DNA of 64,000 nucleotides from sequence record NC_100372.1. One strand, given 5' to 3'. The notes under the pieces were generated by a model. The model was not told where the DNA came from. It saw only the letters and a program-made list of their open reading frames with translations, and made no database searches. A program made the position numbers and the translations under genes. This document shows, piece after piece, positions 41,566 to 48,903 of the stretch. Position 1 is the stretch's first letter, and each line of letters opens with the position of its first letter. The stretch is from a phage.

Positions 41566-42189
41566 TTATGAAAAACTCATCTCACCATATTCATCCACAT
41601 CAAACCGCCAATCATTGGCTTCAATAAGGCCGATCAGGTTTTCGGTAGTAAACTGTTCAAGATAGGCCTCCTCCAGGTCTACATAAACCTTGCGGGATAG
41701 CTCCCGTACCGTCTCGGTGATCAGCTCTTCCAGGTCTTCCACTTTGTTTTCTTGTTTGGCGGTCAGATCTAGCCAGGTGGTATCAATGTATCCGCTTACA
41801 GTGTTTTCATGGCTGTAATGGCTGTACTTGTCGCGTTCAACACTGGCTGATAACTCGCCATCGTGCATTGTGCCGAACAAGTGACGAATTGATCGGAACT
41901 TGGTCAGGGCCTTTACTTTACGCAAGAATTTTTCTAAATCCACGTTTTCAGCACTGATTGACGCGCCGTCACCCTGGCACCAAAAGCCGGACCAATGTAC
42001 TTCGGTATCTTCAAGGCCGTACTCTGGAAAAACTTGTTCTTTATAATATTCAATTACACTTTCTGCGAAAAAATCCTCTCCGCTGTGTTCTTCTCTTTCG
42101 CGGACCATTTCAATAGCTTTTTCTTTTTGTTCGTCGGTCAGCACGTCGAAAGATAAATTGCAACCTGTGGTAATGTTAACGGTGGTCAT
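41566..42189 (-). CDS. Hypothetical acidic protein (207 aa)
   Basis: AGGAGAAAA SD. Contains HWSGFWCQGDGA. No family assigned from memory. Confidence 0.7.
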   Translation of the reverse strand: MTTVNITTGCNLSFDVLTDEQKEKAIEMVREREEHSGEDFFAESVIEYYKEQVFPEYGLEDTEVHWSGFWCQGDGASISAENVDLEKFLRKVKALTKFRSIRHLFGTMHDGELSASVERDKYSHYSHENTVSGYIDTTWLDLTAKQENKVEDLEELITETVRELSRKVYVDLEEAYLEQFTTENLIGLIEANDWRFDVDEYGEMSFS

Positions 42190-42246
42190 GATATTTTCTC
42201 CTGTTTTCTTTATTAGTGGCGGGAAGTTTTCCCGCCTGTGTGTTTA

Positions 42247-42274
42247 ATTATACTTATTGAGATTTACTTGTCAA
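42247..42274 (-). promoter_or_regulatory. sigma70-type promoter (consensus hexamers)
   Basis: On the - strand: TTGACA(42274-42269), 16 nt spacer, TATAAT(42252-42247). Confidence 0.7.
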
Positions 42275-42524
42275 CACTATTTTTTAAATTATTGTGGCGT
42301 AAAATGTTCAAGATCTCTTCAACGTCATCAACACGGCGGTAATTTTTAAACGCTACCAATTGCCCCATGATTTTAATCACTGGGCGGCCTTGCCAGTGCC
42401 CCTGGAGAAAGCGCGCCTTGACTTTATCGGTGGAGCTATCACGCCACCAAATGGCCTTGTTGTTGCAGTAGTAAAAATTATTCAGGACAACATCAACCTT
42501 ATCAAAATTTTTTAATTTACGCAT
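42264..42524 (-). CDS. Hypothetical protein
   Basis: AAAGGAG SD. Confidence 0.65.
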   Translation of the reverse strand: MRKLKNFDKVDVVLNNFYYCNNKAIWWRDSSTDKVKARFLQGHWQGRPVIKIMGQLVAFKNYRRVDDVEEILNILRHNNLKNSVDK

Positions 42525-42556
42525 GGCGTTTACTCCTTTCTCTCTTTGATGTGGTT

Positions 42557-42584
42557 AGTATAGCTAACCTGTTTAAGATGTCAA
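42557..42584 (-). promoter_or_regulatory. sigma70-type promoter
   Basis: On the - strand: TTGACA(42584-42579), 16 nt spacer, TATACT(42562-42557). Confidence 0.7.
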
Positions 42585-42765
42585 GCTTTAAATAAAATCA
42601 CTGTCAATAATATTTTTAACGCCATAAAACGGCCCTGGGCGATGTTTTCAGGTTAAGAAAGGCGATTGCATAGGTGGGGGCCTTTTCGGCGCTTACAGGG
42701 CCAACCAGGGGCGCTATTCGTAGGATAGAAATAAAAAGCCCCGCACAATGGCGGGGCGTTGGTTG

Positions 42766-42963
42766 TTATTTGTCTTTATGGCGGTATCGTTCTGCCTGTC
42801 GTTCACGTTCCAAAAGTAGGCCAGGCAATTTACGATCATAATGATTTCGCCAGATCTTTCCAAATCTTTTTGGCTTATTTAGTTTATTGTTACGCTGGCG
42901 GCGTTCCGGCAGCTCTTCGGAATCATGAGATCGCTTTACAATCTTCTCAAAATTAATCTTCAT
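42766..42963 (-). CDS. Hypothetical basic protein (65 aa)
   Basis: ATG 42963 after GGGGGG. R/K-rich. Confidence 0.5.
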   Translation of the reverse strand: MKINFEKIVKRSHDSEELPERRQRNNKLNKPKRFGKIWRNHYDRKLPGLLLERERQAERYRHKDK

Positions 42964-43306
42964 ATATTCCCCCCTTGCTAACTTCAATATTTGCCTGAAT
43001 AGCCCGGATACGGCGCTTTATAACTTCCTGGTCTGTGTGATCGTATCCCCAAAAGTCTACAATTTTTGCGCCCCCCGCCTCCAGGCGGTATAGTGTTTCC
43101 TGCATCTTGTAAGCCGGGACCGGTCGCGGTGTTACTTGGTCACCTTCTTTATTTTTATACTTTATAATATAATCTTCGTTATCGTTGAATGCCCAAAATG
43201 GATATTTTGCAAGGGCGTTGCTTTCTTTTTCGTTCTTAGATTGGATCTTGTTTACAATTAAAGCCGTAGCAATAGCGCCGATAATAAAACTTGCACCGCT
43301 GATCAT
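42953..43306 (-). CDS. Membrane-anchored hypothetical protein
   Basis: ATG 43306 after AAAGGAGAAAG. N-terminal TM ISGASFIIGAIATALIV. Confidence 0.65.
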   Translation of the reverse strand: MISGASFIIGAIATALIVNKIQSKNEKESNALAKYPFWAFNDNEDYIIKYKNKEGDQVTPRPVPAYKMQETLYRLEAGGAKIVDFWGYDHTDQEVIKRRIRAIQANIEVSKGGIYED

Positions 43307-43381
43307 GTTACTTTCTCCTTTCATGGTGTTAATAAATTATCTTTATAGATGGCCCTGCAGCCAGGACCACCGAAAAAATAA

Positions 43382-43627
43382 CTATTTCACAATGCCCACA
43401 AAACAGATCCCGCCTTCCCCGACGTAGGCAATATCGGTCACTTTGTAGTCGGTTAAGATCTGTTTATTCAGATCATTAATAAAATCGGTCATTGCGTTGG
43501 TGTAGTTGTCTTCCATGTCTAGGGAATAATCCCAGGTGTAAACCTTTTTACGTCCGAAGCCTTTAACAACAACACGGGCACCTTTGGTGTTGGTTGGTGC
43601 ATAGTATTTAGTGATTAGTGCTGCCAT
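43382..43627 (-). CDS. Hypothetical protein
   Basis: GAGGAG SD. Confidence 0.65.
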   Translation of the reverse strand: MAALITKYYAPTNTKGARVVVKGFGRKKVYTWDYSLDMEDNYTNAMTDFINDLNKQILTDYKVTDIAYVGEGGICFVGIVK

Positions 43628-43670
43628 GGTTTTAACTCCTCTGTATTAGTTCAGTGTTAACAGTGTAAAG

Positions 43671-43715
43671 TTTACTTTATTGATGGCCCTGGAGTCAAGG
43701 CCATCTAAAAATAAA
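43671..43715 (-). repeat. 45-bp perfect repeat, copy 2
   Basis: Identical to 39928-39972. Sits between the stop of 43717..44121 and the start of 43382..43627. Confidence 0.85.
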
Positions 43716-43716
43716 C

Positions 43717-44121
43717 TTAGTAAGTTTTCAGTACTTTACCGTCCAACCTGTCAAGCTGGATCTCGATAGCTGCAGAAAACCTATTGTACACCACGTCGCC
43801 CATGGAATCCAACCAGTCTATGACGTTATACACCTGCTCTTTGTTCTTGCAGGTCCGGATCCGTTTCATGATGTAAGCCGGATCAATATTGGTACTTTCG
43901 TTGGTGTTCCCCTGTACCTGATTTGCCGTATTAGTTACATCTTTAATGGCCTTTACCACCACCTGGAAGGGCTTTAAGGTGCCTTTTGCGTTCATCTCAC
44001 GCGCTTTTGCGGCGCGGTTGTTATATGTTACACAACGGCGGCAAATGTTCACCAAATGCATGTCAATAATTTTTTCATCGTTTGCCAGTTCGTTCATGAT
44101 GCGGCGTACGTTCTTATTCAT
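43717..44121 (-). CDS. Hypothetical protein
   Basis: AAAGGAAAAAG upstream. Confidence 0.65.
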   Translation of the reverse strand: MNKNVRRIMNELANDEKIIDMHLVNICRRCVTYNNRAAKAREMNAKGTLKPFQVVVKAIKDVTNTANQVQGNTNESTNIDPAYIMKRIRTCKNKEQVYNVIDWLDSMGDVVYNRFSAAIEIQLDRLDGKVLKTY

Positions 44122-44203
44122 GATCTTTTTCCTTTGTGTTGGCGGGAAACATTCCCGCCTTTTGTGACTAGTTTACTTGAATTTTGCAGCGTGTCAACAA
44201 TTT

Positions 44204-44602
44204 TTATTCGTGGGCGCATGTTACAATGTGCTTTTTATAGCCCAGGTGGTTAGCAAGTGCCGACAAAAACTCTTCTTCATAGATCCAGCCGTTGGCAGTG
44301 ATCCCCATAGCATTTAATGCGCTCTCAAGTGCTGCATTAGCTTTATCGTAACCGTGACCGCTCGCCTTCCCGCCAGTATAACCGTACTTATTGTTCTTGT
44401 TGTCGTGAATCCAAAAAACGCAGTATTGAGTGTTCCCGCTGGCGGCGGCATAATACCGGATCTCAGCTACTTCGTGCAAATTATTGTCATCGTCCAGGCC
44501 CACCAGATTATAAGCCTTGTAAAATCCACGATCACGGCGGCAGTTCTTGACATCAGAAAAAGAAAAGTCCGCATTATCAAAATTAAAGGTAGTGGTTTTC
44601 AT
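44204..44602 (-). CDS. Hypothetical protein
   Basis: AAGAGGA SD. Confidence 0.65.
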   Translation of the reverse strand: MKTTTFNFDNADFSFSDVKNCRRDRGFYKAYNLVGLDDDNNLHEVAEIRYYAAASGNTQYCVFWIHDNKNNKYGYTGGKASGHGYDKANAALESALNAMGITANGWIYEEEFLSALANHLGYKKHIVTCAHE

Positions 44603-44666
44603 GATTTTATCCTCTTAGTGTCTTTTGTGCTTTTAGTGTATTTGGTGTCGGACTGTATGTCAATAC

Positions 44667-44864
44667 TTATTTTTTATTAAACCAGTGGTTGATCTGGCCT
44701 TTTGTCAGGGCGCAACGATTAAGCTGTTGCCGGGTATAGCTCTGACCGCGACGGAATTTATAAAGGCCTTGCCCGTTGTTGATGGTTACGTCCACCTGGC
44801 AAATCATTTGATCGGTGACGGCCTGGCGAGTGTTGCGACGTACTTTAATTCCGTAGGCGTTCAT
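44667..44864 (-). CDS. Hypothetical protein
   Basis: AGAGAGGA SD. Confidence 0.6.
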   Translation of the reverse strand: MNAYGIKVRRNTRQAVTDQMICQVDVTINNGQGLYKFRRGQSYTRQQLNRCALTKGQINHWFNKK

Positions 44865-44947
44865 GATTTTTATCCTCTCTGTTAATTAGTGTGGTGTTGT
44901 TCACCTTGCGAGGATAAGAATAACAGAACTATCCGAGCTGTCAACCA

Positions 44948-45121
44948 TTAGTTAGAATTATTTTTTGGGCAGAATTCTCCAGCCGCCGCCCCTGCCAGGT
45001 TAACCATCATTTTTTCGTACTCTTCTTTATGTTCCAACGCTCCCGCCATAGCCTTTTCAACCAGGGCGATAGCCTCAGCGTCATTAATCGCTACATTTCC
45101 AGGGATCCTATTACCTTTCAT
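44948..45121 (-). CDS. Hypothetical protein (57 aa, below the track cut-off)
   Basis: MKGNRIPGNVAINDAEAIALVEKAMAGALEHKEEYEKMMVNLAGAAAGEFCPKNNSN. GAGGAGG SD. Confidence 0.5.
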   Translation of the reverse strand: MKGNRIPGNVAINDAEAIALVEKAMAGALEHKEEYEKMMVNLAGAAAGEFCPKNNSN

Positions 45122-45281
45122 TTTTGTACCTCCTCTTCAATTGTTACCTGCCCTGTAGCATAGGCCTACCAGGTTTGCAAGCTTTCACTCTCTCCTACCT
45201 GGTCAGTCAGGTCCTGCCAGGCTGGCCCCGCCAGGTTGCAGCGGTTGGTGTATTATGTTAGAAAAAATTTTTGAAGAAGTG

Positions 45282-45312
45282 TTGACAGCGGCCCCGCCAG
45301 GTGGCACAATAT
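45282..45312 (+). promoter_or_regulatory. Candidate + strand promoter upstream of hairpin element A
   Basis: TTGACA(45282-45287) then CACAAT/CAATAT at 17-19 nt. Antisense to all neighbouring genes. Confidence 0.4.
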
Positions 45313-45327
45313 ACCTATCGAAAGGAC

Positions 45328-45374
45328 GGCAGGCACCGGTGACGGGGGAGACAACCACCGGGGATGGGCGCTGC
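45328..45374 (+). repeat. GC-rich hairpin element, copy A (candidate ncRNA)
   Basis: GGCAGGCACCGGTGACGGGGGAGACAACCACCGGGGATGGGCGCTGC. Inner stem CCGGUG/CACCGG. Followed by the Fur-box-like GAGAACGGTTATCATTATC (45382-45400). Confidence 0.65.
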
Positions 45375-45461
45375 ATAAAATGAGAACGGTTATCATTATC
45401 ATTTAAAAATTTATGCAAAAAATCCTTGCTTTCTTTGTCCTGTGTGATACTATAATAACAA

Positions 45462-45504
45462 GCCGGGGCAACAGGGGCCGGGAGACAATCACCGGGGGTG
45501 CCCG
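45462..45504 (+). repeat. GC-rich hairpin element, copy B (candidate ncRNA)
   Basis: GCCGGGGCAACAGGGGCCGGGAGACAATCACCGGGGGTGCCCG. Starts 6 nt after a consensus TATAAT (45451-45456). Followed by the Fur-box-like GAGAATGATTATCATT (45518-45533). Confidence 0.65.
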
Positions 45505-45639
45505 TTATTCTGCAAACGAGAATGATTATCATTCAAAATTCTAAATGAGAACTTTTCGCATTTCATAAATTTAGTTAGCATGCTAATTACCTACCGTGAC
45601 AATTCTATATAAAATAATACCTCCTTAAATATTTCCATA

Positions 45640-46110
45640 TACAAATTTTAAAAATCCATTTCCGAAAACGAAAAATCGATTTCGTCCCCAAAAATTTCAG
45701 GTCGAGCTCCGGAACGATTTCCAGAAAATCTGATTCAGAAAACGAAAAACAGATCGAGTACTAAGAAATTTATCGAGAAAAATTTTCAGAAAATTCAATC
45801 TTTGAAACGAAAAACAGATCGAGTACTGAGAGAGATGTATCAAAACCTGCTGAGAATAATGGGTTTATTGTTATAAAGGGTCAAAGGTAAGCTGGGAAAG
45901 TTCCGGTAGAAGGGTGAGAGTATGTGCGGAAAATCTGGAATAGTAACTTAAAGTACGGTGCGAACGATAGAATGAGCAGCACATCTTATCGCGCCTGTCT
46001 TGAAAAATCCATTTTAGTTTTCGATCCATTTTCTGATTTTCTAAGAATTTTAAAATATCCGGCTAGGTAAAATATCAAAAGGAGGAAATCCATTTTAGAA
46101 ATCCTCCTTA
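45640..46110. repeat. AT-rich degenerate tandem repeats / iterons (origin-like)
   Basis: 22-nt perfect DR AACGAAAAACAGATCGAGTACT at 45741-45762 and 45806-45827, with a degenerate copy at 45667. AAATCCATTTTAG at 46005 and 46086, with variants at 45652 and 46023. Confidence 0.75.
46071..46109 (-). terminator. Rho-independent terminator
   Basis: On the - strand: AAGGAGGA-(15 nt loop)-TCCTCCTT followed by TTGATATTTT. Confidence 0.6.
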
Positions 46111-46138
46111 TACTTGATGTGCCAGGGATTTTCAAGTA

Positions 46139-46468
46139 TCAACTGTCTTTGTTTTTAGGCTTGTGCATACGTAGAGGTATGGTCTTTATAACATTCCATC
46201 TGCCCAACCCCTCCCAGTTCCAATTGTGAGCGTGATACCCAGTTATGCATGCACTGCTGGCGTGATCATAAGCATAAGAGAACGCTATGCGAACCAGGTG
46301 GGGCCAGTCCCTCCACGGCTGTGGACCGTAAGCCTTTCTCCAACACCGACACAAACTAATTGTCTCAAGAATAGGTAGAATAACAAATCCATATACCGCC
46401 ACCAAAATGGTAAGAGCAATGATTGTCAGGAATACATACCCTGCAGTTGAAATAATGATCTCTGTCAT
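46139..46468 (-). CDS. Membrane protein (N-terminal TM hairpin)
   Basis: IIISTAGYVFLTIIALTILVAVYGFVILPIL. ATGA overlap with the upstream gene. Confidence 0.65.
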   Translation of the reverse strand: MTEIIISTAGYVFLTIIALTILVAVYGFVILPILETISLCRCWRKAYGPQPWRDWPHLVRIAFSYAYDHASSACITGYHAHNWNWEGLGRWNVIKTIPLRMHKPKNKDS

Positions 46469-46668
46469 TTGTCATCCCCTTTCTTACGGATATAGATGTG
46501 AGAGCCTGCTTGTACATAAATTTCCCGACCATCTTCTGCAAAGATGTGGAATACACGGTCGCCTTCGTATTCAATACGGGATATCTTCATAACGGTCTTC
46601 CCACCCGGAATGCGGATCTCATCACCCACAGCAATGTTCCATGCAGATTTAAGCTTAAACATCTGCAC
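46465..46668 (-). CDS. Hypothetical protein
   Basis: Overlapping starts and stops within an operon-like run. Confidence 0.6.
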   Translation of the reverse strand: MQMFKLKSAWNIAVGDEIRIPGGKTVMKISRIEYEGDRVFHIFAEDGREIYVQAGSHIYIRKKGDDK

Positions 46669-46900
46669 CCCCCTTTGGGAGCTCTAACTCTGGCATAGCC
46701 ATATACGCCACGACAGGGTTGTAATCAAAGTAGAAATGACCGTTAATTATCCCAGTTTTGTGGGCATAGTCACCAGATCCTGCAAGAACAATCTCGCAAA
46801 CTCCGAAATCCACCTCGCCATTCTCATCTGCCATGGCTACAATATACTTTCCTAGAGGCATGTTTTTAACGCCGTCTACAAATGTCCACCCTTTGTTCAT
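46655..46900 (-). CDS. Hypothetical protein
   Basis: CAGGAG SD. Confidence 0.6.
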   Translation of the reverse strand: MNKGWTFVDGVKNMPLGKYIVAMADENGEVDFGVCEIVLAGSGDYAHKTGIINGHFYFDYNPVVAYMAMPELELPKGGADV

Positions 46901-46920
46901 ACTTTATCTCCTGCACTTTC

Positions 46921-47253
46921 TTAAGGTAACCAGTAAACAATTTCGCCTTTCAGTTCCATGTCGTTACCGACATAGATTTTCCAGCCATCCATTTTAGCCA
47001 CTGCAGGAGTGAAGCCCGTAGAACCACTAACCTCTTTCCAAGTCCCGTAGTCAGGTTGCCAGATATAGAATCCACCTCCCTTGTCCCATGCTCCATATAC
47101 CACATCGAGCAGGTTGCCCATTGCAACAATAGTAGGCCGTGGGAATAATACATCTACAGATGCGCCACAATTTCGGGTAGATTTTAAATTACAATCCCAA
47201 AAGATGTCTGCCAGTGTGGCGGCGATAGCTTTACGTCTTTCTAATGTTACCAT
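46921..47253 (-). CDS. Hypothetical protein
   Basis: Start as in the ORF track. Confidence 0.6.
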   Translation of the reverse strand: MVTLERRKAIAATLADIFWDCNLKSTRNCGASVDVLFPRPTIVAMGNLLDVVYGAWDKGGGFYIWQPDYGTWKEVSGSTGFTPAVAKMDGWKIYVGNDMELKGEIVYWLP

Positions 47254-47263
47254 GGCACGATAC

Positions 47264-47455
47264 TCACTTGTTGTTAAGAAGTTCTAAAACTTTCTGTTTT
47301 ACTTTATCAAGGTCTGTTGATTCAAAAATTGTGCGATATCCCCAACTTTGCCCATAGGAATAACTGCAATCCCCGTAACACCATTGCTCAACTTGATAGT
47401 ATTCAAGGAATGGGTGCTGTCTGACTATGATACCGTCTCGATTAAAAATTACCAT
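47264..47455 (-). CDS. Hypothetical protein
   Basis: AGAGAGGGA SD. Confidence 0.55.
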   Translation of the reverse strand: MVIFNRDGIIVRQHPFLEYYQVEQWCYGDCSYSYGQSWGYRTIFESTDLDKVKQKVLELLNNK

Positions 47456-47518
47456 AATTTATCCCTCTCTGCTAGTCTATGTTTGTATTATATACTGCAG
47501 TTTTCAGATGTCAACCTT

Positions 47519-47713
47519 TTACAGGTTACTCCAGTATAATCGGCATTTACACTTCGGGCAATGAGGTTCTTTTATGTAATAACCATCAGTCTTTGGAACA
47601 CTTTTTGGTGCAGTTTTAAGATTGTACCGAGTAAAGCACCGGAAGCAGGTTACCTCTCCTACCTGTTGATCGTTTATCCACTCACCAGAGTAAAGCTCTT
47701 TCTTGTTTCTCAT
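47519..47713 (-). CDS. Zinc-ribbon protein (64 aa)
   Basis: CFRCF...CPKCKC (CxxC x2). ATG 47713 after GGGGAGAG. Confidence 0.55.
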   Translation of the reverse strand: MRNKKELYSGEWINDQQVGEVTCFRCFTRYNLKTAPKSVPKTDGYYIKEPHCPKCKCRLYWSNL

Positions 47714-47739
47714 AATTCTCTCCCCAATCCTCTGCAATC

Positions 47740-47910
47740 TTATACCAGAATCTCCAGCCAGAAAGCACACGGGAACACTTTGAGGATTGAATCTTTACTA
47801 GGCTCGGAAGTTCTTTTTCCGTAGGGCAGGTAGAAATACCCTCCTGCAGATTCAAACATGGCTCCTTCTGTTGTATCTATCACAGCTAGAATTAAGATTT
47901 TAGTCTCCAT
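47740..47910 (-). CDS. Hypothetical protein (56 aa, below the track cut-off)
   Basis: METKILILAVIDTTEGAMFESAGGYFYLPYGKRTSEPSKDSILKVFPCAFWLEILV. GGGGAG SD. Confidence 0.45.
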   Translation of the reverse strand: METKILILAVIDTTEGAMFESAGGYFYLPYGKRTSEPSKDSILKVFPCAFWLEILV

Positions 47911-47964
47911 AGTGCTCCCCTGTCTTAATCGTTGTGGTGACTATACCACCTTAAAATATAGCTG

Positions 47965-48423
47965 TCAACACTCTTTGTACTCCACCACGATAATATCTAT
48001 ATCAAAAGTGGCAAGGTTAATAATGTCCTCTACATGTTCCCACTTCAAACCGCCTATGCCGCACCCGATCTTAGGGATGTAGAATGGTAAAATCGACCCC
48101 TCAAATACTTCATTGACTCGCTCAAAGCCTTTCAGTATTGAGAAATATTCAGCATTAGGCCCTGGGTAGAACTGAGTATACAGATTTATTCCGTAGACAA
48201 TACCTCTCGGAGATAAGTGCTCCCAGCGGGAGAACGCGCCCAGTTTACTTAGGCAACCGTGCATAGTCATTTTATCAGCTTCCAATGCTTGAGGGAACTC
48301 ACGGGCAATCTGTTTTGCTACACCCTTACCCATTGTGTGGAAGCAGTTACAACCGTGGATCAGGTGACCATCACCGCTCTTAAAAAGGGAGATTAAATCT
48401 CCCTCTACAGTATCAATAATCAC
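47965..48423 (-). CDS. Macrodomain protein, TARG1/DarG-like (ADP-ribose hydrolase family)
   Basis: HGCNCFHTMGKGVAKQIA and IPKIGCGIGGLKWEHVEDII match the TARG1-type NC..MG.G(I/V)A and P.IGCG..GL.W motifs. GTG 48423 overlaps the upstream stop. Confidence 0.8.
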   Translation of the reverse strand: MIIDTVEGDLISLFKSGDGHLIHGCNCFHTMGKGVAKQIAREFPQALEADKMTMHGCLSKLGAFSRWEHLSPRGIVYGINLYTQFYPGPNAEYFSILKGFERVNEVFEGSILPFYIPKIGCGIGGLKWEHVEDIINLATFDIDIIVVEYKEC

Positions 48424-48838
48424 GATATTCCAGCTCCTCTTCCACAATTTCAAAAAACTCAGTCCAGCACTGTGGCATATTGGAGTTACCGAAGTGGCTT
48501 TCATAGTAAAGGTTTTTACCGCTCGGAAGATAGAAATCTGTTACCTCATAAAATCCACAATCGTCGCACTCTCCCTCTTCAAACTTGGCCTTAACCTTAA
48601 TGCCGAGGAAGGTGAAAAGTTTATGGATATCTTCGGTCTCGAACTCCCAATTAATGTTGTTTTCCGCATCGGTGTAAAACTGGATCAGTAGGCCATCATC
48701 CATTTTTCCAAAATATTCTGTGAAGTAGCTTCCTTCCCAGAAGTCTTTGTGACAAATAATATCCATGCGCTTGCCCATAATAAAGGTGTGGGCGTTTCGT
48801 GCATCGTCACGAATCAGTTTTGGCATTTCATAAATCAT
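48413..48838 (-). CDS. Hypothetical protein, translationally coupled to the macrodomain gene
   Basis: Start as in the ORF track. No motif recognised. Confidence 0.65.
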   Translation of the reverse strand: MIYEMPKLIRDDARNAHTFIMGKRMDIICHKDFWEGSYFTEYFGKMDDGLLIQFYTDAENNINWEFETEDIHKLFTFLGIKVKAKFEEGECDDCGFYEVTDFYLPSGKNLYYESHFGNSNMPQCWTEFFEIVEEELEYRDY

Positions 48839-48903
48839 CGTAGTTCTCCAGGATCAATAGGTGGTGCTACAGGAAGATCATAAAACATGGCGATCACATT
48901 CTC

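Noticed and set aside
41566-42189. Assigning the 207-aa acidic protein to an anti-restriction (ArdA-like) family.
   Set aside because: The idea rests only on acidity and a vaguely familiar GFWxQGDGA motif. I cannot recall a definite family match, so it is left as hypothetical.
37631-45504. 7.8 kb segment bounded by 23-bp perfect inverted repeats, considered as an invertible segment or transposon.
   Set aside because: There is no invertase, transposase or integrase in or near the segment, and I found no target-site duplications. The repeats are internal parts of self-contained hairpin elements, with two tandem copies on one side. Independent functional copies are more likely.
45203-45532. 109-aa - strand ORF, and the 107-aa + strand ORF at 37467..37790, which share the peptide TGTPGDCLP.
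   Set aside because: The shared peptide is simply the translation of the repeated GC-rich hairpin core. Both ORFs run across promoters, terminators and Fur-like boxes and lack an SD. They are treated as artefacts of the repeat.
45640-45830. Possible CRISPR-like array (repeats with 65-74 bp period).
   Set aside because: Only 2 perfect copies plus 1 degenerate copy. The repeats are AT-rich and not palindromic, and the spacers are themselves repetitive. No cas genes or leader are visible. An iteron or tandem-repeat interpretation fits better.
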